DNA of 64,000 bases, from assembly GCA_018817795.1 (NCBI GenBank), contig JAHITJ010000250.1, positions 11,635-75,634 on the forward strand, given 5' to 3'. The notes below the pieces were generated by a model that saw only the letters and a program-made list of their open reading frames with translations, was not told the DNA's origin and made no database searches. This DNA comes from Myxococcota bacterium (GTDB lineage Bacteria; Myxococcota_A; Polyangia; HGW-17). A program made the translations under genes and the position numbers. Below, piece by piece: positions 19,011-29,350 of the stretch. Numbering within the stretch: the stretch's first letter is position 1; each line of letters starts with the position of its first letter.

Positions 19011-19949
19011 TCAGTTGGGTTCTTCCGACTCCGGCGTGAGTGCTGCTTCCATGCGCTCGATCTCTCCGGGCTCCGGTGACTCCCCGGCATAGGCGAGCCG
19101 CTCCAGCCGCCCGATGACCTCCGGCGGCGGAATCCGCGCAGACAGGGCCTGCCGCGGTGAGAGCTTCGCATACCTCTGGCGATCATAGTTGCGGCAGATC
19201 TGGCGCAGCAACCACAATGCGCGCACCGGAAGGCTCATCATGCGGACCAGGATCTGTCCTCGCGGCCTGGGCACGCTCACCGGGTGATAGCCGTCCCTGC
19301 CAAACCGGATCTCCACAGCCGTCGAAGGCAGGAAGAAACGACCTTCCCCGTCGGTCTCCGTCCTTTTGGGCACCGAGTGCTCAAGGAAGCGTATCTCCAC
19401 GCCGGCCAGTGGAAGGCCGCTCTCCCAGACCTGCACCTGACCATGAAAGCCGGCCTTCCTCCAGGGCACGAACGTGCGCGAGGCGGGGGGATTGAACTCC
19501 ACCTCGGGAGCCTCTTCGGGCGGTTCCTCCTTCTTCGACTTGCCAAAGCGCCGCCAACGGGTGCGCGCCACAGGAAACAACGCGATCAGGATCAACCCCA
19601 ACCCTGCGACCAGACCCAGCCATTTCCAGGAGAAGTGGTTCTGGCGTGCCCTGGCGGCAGGAATCATGGTCACCGCTGCGCACGGCTCGTAGAACTCTGA
19701 GCCAGGATGGGTCAATCCCAGGAGACCCGGTCCGTTGACCGGAATCCGTCCGTCTGCGTCGGTCGTCACGCGCCAAAGCCGGTCCCCATCGCGGATCTCC
19801 ATGTCCAGGGCGGCCACCGGACGCTGGTTCGCCGCATCCACAAGGAAGATCCCGTCCTTCACATGGTGGACGCGACACCGGCCCTTCACGGTAAACTCCC
19901 ACCCCTCGGCGCCATGCATGAATTGCCAGATCAGAAGAAAGCACCACAT
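19011..19949 (-). CDS. Hypothetical membrane protein with carboxypeptidase-regulatory-like (TD.DGR) domains
   Basis: Start re-called at MWCFLL; TTDADGR and TETDGEGRF motifs flank a TM helix. Confidence 0.6.
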   Translation of the reverse strand: MWCFLLIWQFMHGAEGWEFTVKGRCRVHHVKDGIFLVDAANQRPVAALDMEIRDGDRLWRVTTDADGRIPVNGPGLLGLTHPGSEFYEPCAAVTMIPAARARQNHFSWKWLGLVAGLGLILIALFPVARTRWRRFGKSKKEEPPEEAPEVEFNPPASRTFVPWRKAGFHGQVQVWESGLPLAGVEIRFLEHSVPKRTETDGEGRFFLPSTAVEIRFGRDGYHPVSVPRPRGQILVRMMSLPVRALWLLRQICRNYDRQRYAKLSPRQALSARIPPPEVIGRLERLAYAGESPEPGEIERMEAALTPESEEPN

Positions 19950-19963
19950 CGCTTCGAAAGATA

Positions 19964-20518
19964 TCACGCCGGCGACCGGGGTGCGAGCCTCGAGAGACGG
20001 CTCAGCGACAAACCGTTGATCAAGACGTGGGTGAGCATGGCCGGCCATAGCGCACCCGCATGCAGCGTAAGCGCGCCCAGCAGCCAGCCCATGCCGATGG
20101 TCCACAGGGTCCACGGCCACAGGCTGCGGCGGCCCGGCCAGTGCAGGAGGCCGAAGATCAACCCCTGCAGCCACAGCCCGGAAAACGGCATCAGCAGTCC
20201 GCGAAAGACCCACTCTTCGGCCACCCCCGAGGCCAGTGCCAGCGGCCATGGACCCAGCCCCATCAGGGGATGCACCATCTCCGCCAGTTCAAGCTCCAGG
20301 TCACGTAGGGGACCCAGCCTGGCTCCGGCCACGTTGATCCCGAAGATTCCCACGCCCAGGACCACAGCGACCAGCCCGGCGTGGGCGGGTCCGCCCAGGA
20401 CCGGAATCAGTGGCAACCCCCAGAACCGCCCGTTGAGCGCCGTGATGACACCTGCGGCCACGATGAAGATGGAATATGTGAAAAGGACCGCCAGGGCCCC
20501 CCAAAGCGGGGGCTTCAT
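19964..20518 (-). CDS. CPBP (Abi/CAAX) family intramembrane metalloprotease
   Basis: EEWVFRG, FGLLH, HVLIN motifs. Confidence 0.9.
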   Translation of the reverse strand: MKPPLWGALAVLFTYSIFIVAAGVITALNGRFWGLPLIPVLGGPAHAGLVAVVLGVGIFGINVAGARLGPLRDLELELAEMVHPLMGLGPWPLALASGVAEEWVFRGLLMPFSGLWLQGLIFGLLHWPGRRSLWPWTLWTIGMGWLLGALTLHAGALWPAMLTHVLINGLSLSRLSRLAPRSPA

Positions 20519-22008
20519 GTCCGCGACTTGCTTCGCCCCGGATCAAACAGCGGTCCCAGATCCAACGGCTTGCCTGCCTTGGGGGGATTTTCGTCGGGCT
20601 GGTCGGACTCGTCGGGCTGGTCGGACTCGTCGGACTGGTCGGACTGGTCAGACTCGTCGGGCTGGTCGGACTCGTCGGACTGGTCAGACTTGTCAGACTT
20701 GTCAGACTTGTCCGGCTCGCGAATCATTAACAGCGGACCCGTAGCCTTTTTTCCGGAGCCACTGGTTTCAAACAATTCACGCACGTCGGTCATCTCCTCG
20801 GTGGAGGTGGCCAGACTCACGCTGTCGCCGACCTGCATGAACGCCTCGGACAACTCCTGCCAGATCAAGGTGGATCCGCCCACCTCGCCGTGGATCGGCT
20901 GTGCAAACGCACGCGCCACGCGGGAGACCGTGATTTTCTTGGCGTCCTCGATGACCAGTCCGTACTGCCCGTCGATGGCGAAAAGCAAACCCTCCTCGGT
21001 CAGCCGGGCACAGATGCGCTCGACCATGGCCGGCGTTTCGCCCAACGCCAAAGACAGCGACTGGGCATCGTGCAGCTCCCGGTGATGAAACATGAAGTCG
21101 AGCACCGACCAGGCACGCCAGGCCATGGGCTCGCCCGGGAACACGGCCCAGCGGCTCTCGGTGATGCGCCGCGCCTCAAGGTAGGAGAACCGCTGCACCA
21201 CATAGGATATGGCCGCACCGAGCAACAGTATCAGCCAGATATAATATATCCAGATCAATACCAGAAACAGCACGCCGATCTCGCCATAGATCCCGAAGTA
21301 CTTGCTCGTGAAGTAGCGCGAGACCAGTTCCCTGGCAATCTGGAACAGCGCAAACGAGATCAGGGCACCGACCAGGGAGGGGAAGGCCTTGACGAACGGC
21401 GTCGGCACGAGCTTGTTGATCAGGAAGAAGAAGAAGATCAGCAGGAGATGGCCAAGCCACGGACTGGACAGCACCGGAAAGTCCGTGCGACGCAAAAACA
21501 CCAGGAGGGTCATCAGGGGCAGCAGGCTCGCCAGGGTCCAATAGGTCGAAAACTGGTGGAAGAACGGGCGCTTTTGCCGGGTGCCCCAGATGGCGTTGAG
21601 CGCGCTCTCGACAGAGACGAAGACCCAGACGCTGATCACCAGGGTGAAAACCGCACCGACGGTCCCGAGATACTCGCCGCGGATACGCGAGGCCATCTTG
21701 CGGATCATGGAGATCGCTTCGATGCCGAAGGAGGGGAACAACTGCCGTCCCACGTAGTTGGCCAGGGCGGACACGTGCTCGCTCTGTCCCAGCGCGTCGA
21801 TGAACCACAGGCTCAGCGCCGCCAGGGGGACCAGGGAGAAGAGGCTCTCGAAGGCCAGCGAACTGGCCATGCGGAAACAGTCACGCTGATCCCACAGGCG
21901 CACGACGTGGACCAGGAAGCGGTAGGTGGCCACGGCCCACCGGATGAGGGGATGGAACTGGTAAAGCGGACGACCCAGGTGGCGTCGGATGCGGGAGAGC
22001 GGAATCAT
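20515..22008 (-). CDS. YihY/BrkB family inner-membrane protein with C-terminal wHTH-like domain and (SDx)n tail
   Basis: ASSLAFESLFSLVP, ESALNAIW, IYGEIGVL..LIWIYYIWLILLLGA. Confidence 0.9.
   Translation of the reverse strand: MIPLSRIRRHLGRPLYQFHPLIRWAVATYRFLVHVVRLWDQRDCFRMASSLAFESLFSLVPLAALSLWFIDALGQSEHVSALANYVGRQLFPSFGIEAISMIRKMASRIRGEYLGTVGAVFTLVISVWVFVSVESALNAIWGTRQKRPFFHQFSTYWTLASLLPLMTLLVFLRRTDFPVLSSPWLGHLLLIFFFFLINKLVPTPFVKAFPSLVGALISFALFQIARELVSRYFTSKYFGIYGEIGVLFLVLIWIYYIWLILLLGAAISYVVQRFSYLEARRITESRWAVFPGEPMAWRAWSVLDFMFHHRELHDAQSLSLALGETPAMVERICARLTEEGLLFAIDGQYGLVIEDAKKITVSRVARAFAQPIHGEVGGSTLIWQELSEAFMQVGDSVSLATSTEEMTDVRELFETSGSGKKATGPLLMIREPDKSDKSDKSDQSDESDQPDESDQSDQSDESDQPDESDQPDENPPKAGKPLDLGPLFDPGRSKSRT
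20593..20718. repeat. 14 tandem 9-nt units, consensus GTC(G/A)G(A/G)CTN
   Basis: Counted directly; encodes PDKSDKSDKSDQSDESDQPDE... in YihY. Confidence 0.95.
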
Positions 22009-22014
22009 CCTCGC

Positions 22015-22227
22015 TCACCGCCCCTTCTTCGGGGGCTCATCGGACTCTTCCTCCTGGATGATGGCCAGCCGGTAGAGATTGTAAAAGCCCGAGGTCACCC
22101 CCAGGGTCAGTCCGGCAATCATCAGCCAGGGTCCGGTGTCGAAACGTCGATCCAGGTACAGACCACCCCATACGCCAAGGGCGACTCCGATGCCCAGCTC
22201 CAGGCCGGCCAGCGAGACACGTGACAT
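22015..22227 (-). CDS. AtpZ/AtpI family protein (start may be GTG at 22245)
   Basis: GLELGIGVALGVWGGLYLDRRFDTGPWLMIAGLTLGVTSGFYNLYR. Confidence 0.85.
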   Translation of the reverse strand: MSRVSLAGLELGIGVALGVWGGLYLDRRFDTGPWLMIAGLTLGVTSGFYNLYRLAIIQEEESDEPPKKGR

Positions 22228-22327
22228 CAGAGTGTTCGATTTCACCTCTTCACCTGCATGAAAAACCTGCGATTCTGATCTGGTTCCGGACAATAGGCAA
22301 TTTCCGTCTGCAATGCAAACGGAAAGA

Positions 22328-24994
22328 CTAGACCGGCTCCTTGGGAACCACAACCTCTTCGACGACGACTTCGACGTCAGACGTGGCGAGATCGGCGTCA
22401 GGCCCGGCATCGGTTCCGTCTGGCTCGGGTGCGGTGCCCGGGTCCTCCTCCTGGCTGTCCTCGGCACGGACGTGCTCGGCCGGAAGGATTGTGATGTCGC
22501 GGATCGTGTCGTCGGCGGGCAACTTCATGATCGTGATGCCCATGGTCACCCTCGAGAGCACCGAGATCTCGGCGATGGACACACGGATCAGGGTGCCCTT
22601 CTCGGTCAGCGCGATCAGATGATCCCCCTCGGAGACGACCTTGGCAGCGGCCAGGTAGCCGTTGCGTTCGTTGGTCCGGATGCCCAGGAGCCCCTTGGCG
22701 CCGCGATGGTGCACGGAGAAATCCGGGGCCGGGGAGCGCTTGCCGAAGCCGCGCTCGGAGATGGAGAGCACCGTCTTCACTGCCTCGTCGGACTCGAGAA
22801 TCGCCAGCGACACCACGCAGTCCTCACCGCGCAGGCCGATGCCTCGCACGCCGCGGGCCGCACGGCCCATAGGACGCACGTCGGTCTCGTGGAAGCGGGC
22901 GATCAGGCCGGTGCGCGTCGCGAGCAGGACGTCATGTCCGCCATGGGTCAGGCGCGCATCGAGCAGGGCGTCGCCCTCGTCGATGGATACGGCGATGATG
23001 CCGTTCTGGTTGATGTTGGAGTAGTACATCAACTCGGTCTTCTTCACGACGCCCTTGCGGGTCGCAAAGAATATATAATAACCGCTCTCGATGGCGGGTA
23101 CGGGCATCATGGCCACCACGCGCTCACCCTCCTGCAGTCGCAGGAAGTTCACCAGCGCCTTGCCGCGGCTCGTCGGCGAGGCCTTGGGCAGGCAGTACGC
23201 CTTCTCCTTGAACACACGGCCGCTGTTGGTGAAGAACAGCACCGTGGAGCGCGCCGTGAGCGCCATGATATGGGTGACGATGTCGTCTTCGTCCCGCAGC
23301 TGGGCGCCGCGCTTGCCCTTTCCACCCCGGGCCTGGGCCCTGAACATGTCCACGGGCATGGTCTTGATGTAGCCGCTCTGGGTGAAGGTGAGGATCATCG
23401 GGGAGTCCTCGATCAGATCCTCCACATCGATGTCTGCGCTGTCCTCGAGGATGATCGTGCGGCGGTCGTCGCCGTACTTTTCACGGACCTCGTTCAGATC
23501 CGCGATCATGAGCTCCCGCAGCAGCTCCTCGCTCTGCAGCAGCGCCTCGAGGTGCGCGATCACATCACACAGCCCGCGGTACTCGCCGGCGAGCTTCTCC
23601 TGCTGCAGTCCTGTCAGGCGCTGCAGGCGCATGTCCAGGATGGCCTGCGCCTGGCGCTCGGTCAGCCGGTAATGGGCATCGGCCTTTTCCACTTCCTCGG
23701 GGGTGAAGCCCGCGCGCGCCAGAAACGGACCCAGGCCCGTGAAGTCGTGCGCCTGCAGGCGGTCGCGGGCCTGGTCGGGATCGCTGGAGGAGCGGATGAT
23801 CTCGATCACGCGATCGATGTCCATCGAGGCCACACCCAGGCCCTCGACGATCTCCTTCTTGTCCATGGCCTCGCGCAACTCGAACTCGCTGCGGCGGATG
23901 ATGACCTGCCGTCGGTGCTCGAGGAACTTCTCGAGCAGGTCCTTGAGGTTGAGCAGCCGCGGACGCCCGTCCACGATGGCGATCATGTTCACGCTGAAGT
24001 TGCTCTGGAGCGCGGTGTGCTTGTACAGGTGGTTGAGCACGATGTCGGCCACGGCATCACGCTTGAGGAACACGACCACGCGCATGCCGGATTTGTCGCT
24101 CTCGTCGCGGATGTCGGAGATGCCGTCGATGATCTTTTCCTTGACCAGGTCGGCGATGCGCTCGATCAGCAGCGCCTTGTTCACCTGGTAGGGGATCTCC
24201 GTGATGACCAGCGCCTCGCGGTCGCCCTTCAGTTCCTCGATCTCGACGGTGCCCCGCATGGTGATGCGACCGCGACCGGTACGGAAGGCGTCGACGATGC
24301 CGGCCCGGCCGAGGATCTGGCCGCCGGTGGGGAAATCGGGGCCATGTACATACTGAAGCAGGTCGCGCACGTCGAGCTCGGGATCCTTGAGCAGGGCGAT
24401 CAGCGCGTCGACGACCTCGGTCATGTTGTGGGGCGGGATGTTGGTGGCCATGCCCACCGCGATGCCCGAGGCGCCGTTGACCAGCAGATTCGGGTAGCGC
24501 GTGGGGAGCACCGCCGGTTCCATCTCCTTGTCGTCGTAGTTGGGGATGAAGTCGACGGTCTCCTTCTCGATGTCGGCGAGCATCTCGGTCGCCAGCCGCG
24601 CCATGCGCACCTCGGTGTACCGCATGGCCGCCGGCGGGTCGCCGTCGACGGAGCCGAAGTTGCCCTGTCCGTCGACCACCGGATAGCGCATGGAGAACGG
24701 CTGCGAGAGGCGCACCAGCGCCTCGTAGATCGACGAGTCCCCGTGCGGGTGGAAGCGGCCCATCGTGTCGCCGACGATGCGGGCGCTCTTCTTGTAGGCC
24801 GACGTCGGCGAGTTCTTGAGGATGTGCATGGTGTACAGGATGCGCCTGTGCACGGGCTTGAGTCCGTCGCGCACGTCGGGCAGGGCGCGGGACACGATCA
24901 CGCTCATCGAATAGTCGAGGAACGAGCGCTGCATCTCCTCGGAGATGCTCACCGGGACGATACTGGGTCTGTCTTCCATCAATTGATCACTCAT
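22328..24994 (-). CDS. gyrA: DNA gyrase subunit A
   Basis: [28 protein letters not shown] catalytic Tyr, GyrA-box QARGGKG, pinwheel repeats. Confidence 0.98.
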   Translation of the reverse strand: MSDQLMEDRPSIVPVSISEEMQRSFLDYSMSVIVSRALPDVRDGLKPVHRRILYTMHILKNSPTSAYKKSARIVGDTMGRFHPHGDSSIYEALVRLSQPFSMRYPVVDGQGNFGSVDGDPPAAMRYTEVRMARLATEMLADIEKETVDFIPNYDDKEMEPAVLPTRYPNLLVNGASGIAVGMATNIPPHNMTEVVDALIALLKDPELDVRDLLQYVHGPDFPTGGQILGRAGIVDAFRTGRGRITMRGTVEIEELKGDREALVITEIPYQVNKALLIERIADLVKEKIIDGISDIRDESDKSGMRVVVFLKRDAVADIVLNHLYKHTALQSNFSVNMIAIVDGRPRLLNLKDLLEKFLEHRRQVIIRRSEFELREAMDKKEIVEGLGVASMDIDRVIEIIRSSSDPDQARDRLQAHDFTGLGPFLARAGFTPEEVEKADAHYRLTERQAQAILDMRLQRLTGLQQEKLAGEYRGLCDVIAHLEALLQSEELLRELMIADLNEVREKYGDDRRTIILEDSADIDVEDLIEDSPMILTFTQSGYIKTMPVDMFRAQARGGKGKRGAQLRDEDDIVTHIMALTARSTVLFFTNSGRVFKEKAYCLPKASPTSRGKALVNFLRLQEGERVVAMMPVPAIESGYYIFFATRKGVVKKTELMYYSNINQNGIIAVSIDEGDALLDARLTHGGHDVLLATRTGLIARFHETDVRPMGRAARGVRGIGLRGEDCVVSLAILESDEAVKTVLSISERGFGKRSPAPDFSVHHRGAKGLLGIRTNERNGYLAAAKVVSEGDHLIALTEKGTLIRVSIAEISVLSRVTMGITIMKLPADDTIRDITILPAEHVRAEDSQEEDPGTAPEPDGTDAGPDADLATSDVEVVVEEVVVPKEPV

Positions 24995-26486
24995 GAATTT
25001 GTCCTTTGGCCACCGCGGCCAGGAACGACTGCACCACCATGGGATCGAACTGGGTGCCGCTGTTGGCGCGCAGCTCTTCCACGGCGACCTGCATGGGCAG
25101 GGCCTTGCGGTAGGAACGATCCGAGGTCATCGCGTCGTAGGTGTCCGCGACGGCGATGATCCGCCCCATCAGCGGAATCTCCTCGCCGCAGAGCCCCTGC
25201 GGGTAACCCTGTCCGTCATAGCGTTCGTGGTGGCAATAAACGCCGGAGATCAGGTGCCGCATGAAGGGGATGGGCTCGAGGATCTGCTTGCCCATCTCGG
25301 GATGACGCCGGAACATGCGTATTTCGGGTGCGTTGAGCTTTCCGGCCTTGTTCAGTTTCTGGGAGGAGATGCCGATCTTGCCGATGTCGTGAAGCTGGCC
25401 GGCGAAGAAGATGTCCTCGACAATCGAGGCGTCCAGCGCCAGCTCTGCGGCGATGATGCGGCTGTATTGCGCCACGCGGTCGGAGTGGCCGCGGGTGTAT
25501 GGATCGTTCTGCTCGATGGCCCTGGCGAAACCTAGAATGGACTGCTGGAAGTTCTCCTGCAGTTGGCGGTTGGCCTCCAGCAGCTCGCGGTTGGCGCCCT
25601 GCAACTGCTCCACCAGGCGCGTGTTTTCGAGCGCAGCGGCGGCCTTGGTGGCCAGGATGTGCAGGAACTTTCGGTGACCTTCGGTGAAGATCGTGCGCCG
25701 CGTGAAGGAGGCCGCAGCGAGCAGTCCCAGCATGCGGCCGGGCACCATCAGCGGGACCGCGCAGAACGACACCGGGGGGGCCGTGAGGTCCGGACCGCCG
25801 ATGAACACCTGGCCGTCGGCACCCTGTGCAAGCAGCGAGGGTTCACGTGTCAATAGATCGATGACCGCCTGCTCGTCGATGGTCAGGGACGAGCCGGCAA
25901 GGGGACCGGTCCGGAGCACCGAGCCCGGATCCCACTGGGGGGCGCGCGTCGGGAAGATGCTCAGGTACAGGTAGTCCGCCTGCGTCTCCTGCCAGGAGGC
26001 CTCGGCGATCTCCTGCAGGATGCGCGCGGAGTCGCTCTCGTGGGCGATGGTCTCGGCGATGCGGTACAGGTTCACCGTCTCGCGCAGGGTGATGTTCTCG
26101 CGCAGCAGCCGCTGGCGGTCGAAACCCCGGTCGAGCACCGAGAGCACCTCCTCCATCTTGAAGGGCTTGAGGATGTAGTCGTCGGCCCCGACCTTCATGG
26201 CCTGAACCGCCGTCTCGATGGTGCCGTAGCCGGTCATGATGACCTTGACCAGCTGGTAGCCGCGGTTGTTGATCTCGGTCATCAACTCCAGGCCGTTCAT
26301 CTGCGGCATCATCAGGTCGGACAAAATCGCGTCGTAGTGCTCCTCCTCGAGCTCCAGGAGCGCGTTGGCTCCAGAAGAGACGGTGACGACCTCGTATCCC
26401 TCGGCGGACAGGAAGTCCTCGAGGACCTCCCGAATCACCATTTCATCATCCACCACGAGGATACTTCGATGTTCGTTCGATATCAT
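24987..26486 (-). CDS. Response regulator REC-GAF-HD-GYP (c-di-GMP phosphodiesterase)
   Basis: Start MISNEH; VVDDE..SDLMMP..TGYG..KPF; [44 protein letters not shown]. Confidence 0.93.
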   Translation of the reverse strand: MISNEHRSILVVDDEMVIREVLEDFLSAEGYEVVTVSSGANALLELEEEHYDAILSDLMMPQMNGLELMTEINNRGYQLVKVIMTGYGTIETAVQAMKVGADDYILKPFKMEEVLSVLDRGFDRQRLLRENITLRETVNLYRIAETIAHESDSARILQEIAEASWQETQADYLYLSIFPTRAPQWDPGSVLRTGPLAGSSLTIDEQAVIDLLTREPSLLAQGADGQVFIGGPDLTAPPVSFCAVPLMVPGRMLGLLAAASFTRRTIFTEGHRKFLHILATKAAAALENTRLVEQLQGANRELLEANRQLQENFQQSILGFARAIEQNDPYTRGHSDRVAQYSRIIAAELALDASIVEDIFFAGQLHDIGKIGISSQKLNKAGKLNAPEIRMFRRHPEMGKQILEPIPFMRHLISGVYCHHERYDGQGYPQGLCGEEIPLMGRIIAVADTYDAMTSDRSYRKALPMQVAVEELRANSGTQFDPMVVQSFLAAVAKGQIHE

Positions 26487-26536
26487 CCGGGCTCCTTGAG
26501 GAACACACTGGACCACACGGCAGAAGTGCCGCGCCC

Positions 26537-26564
26537 AATATATATGAACGAGCGGAAACGTCAA
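26537..26564 (-). promoter_or_regulatory. Putative sigma70 promoter for the HD-GYP/gyrA gene run
   Basis: Minus strand TTGACG-N16-TATATT about 50 nt upstream of the start. Confidence 0.5.
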
Positions 26565-26578
26565 CTGAAAGAACGGAA

Positions 26579-26632
26579 ATCCGACTGGTCCGACTGGTCT
26601 GGGCGACCGTGAGACCGGTCGCAAGTCCGACA
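26579..26632. repeat. Intergenic GTCCGAC 9-mer units with an embedded GCGACCG/CGGTCGC hairpin
   Basis: atccgactg gtccgactg gtctgg-gcgaccg-tgagac-cggtcgc-aa-gtccgacac. Confidence 0.7.
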
Positions 26633-27877
26633 CTAGAAAATGGCGGCGTGGGATGTGGTCTGCGTGTCGACGGTGCGGGTGGTCACGCAGTCCCAGACCG
26701 GGCATACGTGACGGCACAGCGTGCAGCCCACGCAACGGGTCTCGTCCACCTTCGCCTTGCGCTTTTCAGCGTCGAAGACGATGGCCTGGTTGGCGCCGTC
26801 CTGGCACGAGATGTAACACTGGCCGCAGCCGATGCACTTCTTCTCGTCGATCTGGGAGACCACTTGATGGCGTACATCAAAGTTTGATGGATCGATGAGT
26901 TTTTTCGCTGCCGCCCCCCGAATCTCCTCGAGGGACGAGATGCCGCGCTCGAGCATGAAGTCCGACAGGCCCTCGATCATGTCCTCGACGATGCGGTAGC
27001 CGTGGCGCATGATCGCCGTGGTCACCTGCACCGTGCCGGCACCCAGCAGGATGTAGTGCAGCGCGTCTCGCCAGGTCTCGACGCCGCCGATGGCGGCCAC
27101 CGGCAGGCTCAACTCGTCGCTGCTGTACAACTCGGACACAAAGCGCATGCCGATGGGCTTGGCCGCCGGACCCGAGAAGCCCGTGATGCCTGATTTTCCG
27201 AAGATGATCGGCATGGGGGTGAGCGTCTCCAGGTCGATGTCGGTGATCGCCCGGATCGTGTTGATCGCCGAGATCGCGTCTGCACCGCCCCGCTTGGCCG
27301 CCAGGGCCACCGGAATCATGTCGGTGATGTTGGGCGTCATCTTGGCCAGCACGGGCAGCCTGGAGGCCTTCTTGACCACCGCAGTGAAGCGCTCGACCAG
27401 GTCGTAGTCCTGACCCACGCGATGGCCGGCGTCCTTGCGCGCCATCTGCGGACAGGAGAAGTTCAGTTCCAGCATGTCCGCGCCCACTTCCTCGGATTTC
27501 TTCGCCAGCAGCGTCCAATCGTCGGAGGTGAAACCCATGATCGACGAGATCAGCACGCGCCCGGGGTACTTGCGCTTGAGCTCGGCGATGTCCTTCAGGT
27601 TGTCGGCGAGGCTGCGATCAGTGATCTGCTCGGCGTTCTGCAGACCCACGAACCGCTTGTCGTTGTAGTGATAGGCGTTGAGGCGCGGCGACGGCATCAC
27701 GATCTTGAACGAGGAGTCCACGTTGAGCGTCTTGTAGGCGATGCCGCCCCAACCCGCGTCGAAGGCACGCGCGCACATCTCGGCGTGGTTGCCCACCGGA
27801 GAAGACGACAGGCAGAAGGGGTTCTCGAAGTGGACGCCACAGAACTGGACGGAGAGATCGGCTTTTTTATGGGTCAT
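26633..27877 (-). CDS. preA: NAD-dependent dihydropyrimidine dehydrogenase subunit PreA
   Basis: Start MTHKKA; ENPFCLSSSPVGN, ELNFSCPQM, AKMTPNI, two C-terminal 4Fe-4S motifs. Confidence 0.93.
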   Translation of the reverse strand: MTHKKADLSVQFCGVHFENPFCLSSSPVGNHAEMCARAFDAGWGGIAYKTLNVDSSFKIVMPSPRLNAYHYNDKRFVGLQNAEQITDRSLADNLKDIAELKRKYPGRVLISSIMGFTSDDWTLLAKKSEEVGADMLELNFSCPQMARKDAGHRVGQDYDLVERFTAVVKKASRLPVLAKMTPNITDMIPVALAAKRGGADAISAINTIRAITDIDLETLTPMPIIFGKSGITGFSGPAAKPIGMRFVSELYSSDELSLPVAAIGGVETWRDALHYILLGAGTVQVTTAIMRHGYRIVEDMIEGLSDFMLERGISSLEEIRGAAAKKLIDPSNFDVRHQVVSQIDEKKCIGCGQCYISCQDGANQAIVFDAEKRKAKVDETRCVGCTLCRHVCPVWDCVTTRTVDTQTTSHAAIF

Positions 27878-29217
27878 TTCGCACCTCCGGCGATGAACGC
27901 ATGCACGGCTTGCGCGGTCTTCTTGCCTTCCCCGACAGCCTGCACGGCCATTGTGCCGCGGTTGACCACGTCCCCGACGGCGAACAGTTTCCCCGCAGCG
28001 GACCATGGACGGTCCTCCCCCGCTGGCGCAAAGCACTTCTTGTCCCAGGTGGGCAGCGCAGAGAACAGGTGCGCAAACACCGGGCGCGTGCCGATGGCCA
28101 GCACCACGAAGTCCGTGGCCAGGGAGAACTGCGTGTGCAGCACGGGCCGGGCGTTGGCGGGCACAAACTTCCCCGGCTCGATCCACTCGATCTCGGTGCC
28201 CGTCAGCGCGACGATGTGGCCGCCCTCGTATTTTTCCACGCCGGTGATCATGGCGCCGTCACGAAAGACGACGTCCATCAGGTGACCGAGCTCGATCTCC
28301 TCGAGGTCGGCGGGCAGCTCGCCGAGGTGCTCCAGGGACACCAGCGTCACGCGGGCCGCCCCCAGCGCCCGGGCGGTCACAGCCGCGTCCATGGCGACCG
28401 AACCGCCGCCGATGATCGCGACGCGCTTCCCGGCGACGTCGGAAGCGAACCTCTCACGGTCGGTCTTGGCGCGACGCAGCCAGGCGATGTAGTCGAATAC
28501 GTTGGGTGCACCATCGAACAATGGCAGGGCGAAGGCCTCGTTGAGACCGGTGGCCACCACGACCGCGGTGAATTTATCCATGATTTCATTTACTTTTTCC
28601 GGCGTGTCCACGGTGAATCCGCAGCGGATCTCCACGCCCAGATCGGCCAACTGAGCACAGTCGGCGGCCACCTCTTCCACCGGCAGCCGGAAGTCGGGGA
28701 TGTTCCACCGCGGCACGCCACCGGGCACCGGATCCTTCTCGAACACGGTGACCTTGTGGCCCTGGCGGGCCAGCTCGGCCGCGCAGGCCAGTCCGGCCGG
28801 ACCGGCGCCAATGACGGCCACGGCCTGACCATCAACAGAGGGGGCCTCCAACGGCTTGAGGCCGTTTTCGCGCCCGTAGGCGATGGCAAAGCGCTGCAGC
28901 CCGGCGATGTCGATGGGCGTCGTGAGCCCCTTGGCCGAGCAGGCGCGTGCGCAGGTCTTGTCCGTCGGACACACATGCGCGCACGTAGAGCCGAGGATGT
29001 TGTTGTTACGGATGGTCCGCGCGGCGCCCTTGAAGTTGCGGAACTTGATCTGGCGGATGAACCGGCCCGGATCGGTGCCCGCAGGGCAGCCCTTCGAGCA
29101 AGGCGCGTCCTCGCACAACAGGCAGCGCTCGGCTTCGCAGATGGCCTCCTGCAGCGTCATGGGGCGCCGCATCGCCGAAAATTCACAAATGGCTGTGGGT
29201 TCGATGGATTTCTTCAT
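27874..29217 (-). CDS. preT: Dihydropyrimidine dehydrogenase subunit PreT (GltD-like)
   Basis: EAERCLLCEDAPCSKGCP, CAHVCP..C, GAGPAG, GGGSVAMD; overlaps preA by 4 nt. Confidence 0.88.
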   Translation of the reverse strand: MKKSIEPTAICEFSAMRRPMTLQEAICEAERCLLCEDAPCSKGCPAGTDPGRFIRQIKFRNFKGAARTIRNNNILGSTCAHVCPTDKTCARACSAKGLTTPIDIAGLQRFAIAYGRENGLKPLEAPSVDGQAVAVIGAGPAGLACAAELARQGHKVTVFEKDPVPGGVPRWNIPDFRLPVEEVAADCAQLADLGVEIRCGFTVDTPEKVNEIMDKFTAVVVATGLNEAFALPLFDGAPNVFDYIAWLRRAKTDRERFASDVAGKRVAIIGGGSVAMDAAVTARALGAARVTLVSLEHLGELPADLEEIELGHLMDVVFRDGAMITGVEKYEGGHIVALTGTEIEWIEPGKFVPANARPVLHTQFSLATDFVVLAIGTRPVFAHLFSALPTWDKKCFAPAGEDRPWSAAGKLFAVGDVVNRGTMAVQAVGEGKKTAQAVHAFIAGGAK

Positions 29218-29350
29218 TACACCGTTTCCTTCCTTTTGGTCGCACAAAGACATACATCAAAACGGGGCCACCTGTCAACGTTTTCACCTCCTGTGGAATC
29301 GGCAACCTGCCTTCGCCAGTCTTCAACGGGGAAAAATCTGGAAGGTGATC

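Noticed and set aside
20593-20718. Possible CRISPR array
   Set aside because: 9-nt tandem units without unique spacers; no cas genes in the window.
22313-25159. 948-aa plus-strand ORF and other long shadow ORFs (27901-29415, 32520-34016, 54353-56308, 60989-62734)
   Set aside because: They are antisense to well-supported genes, expected from high-GC codon bias, and show no motifs.
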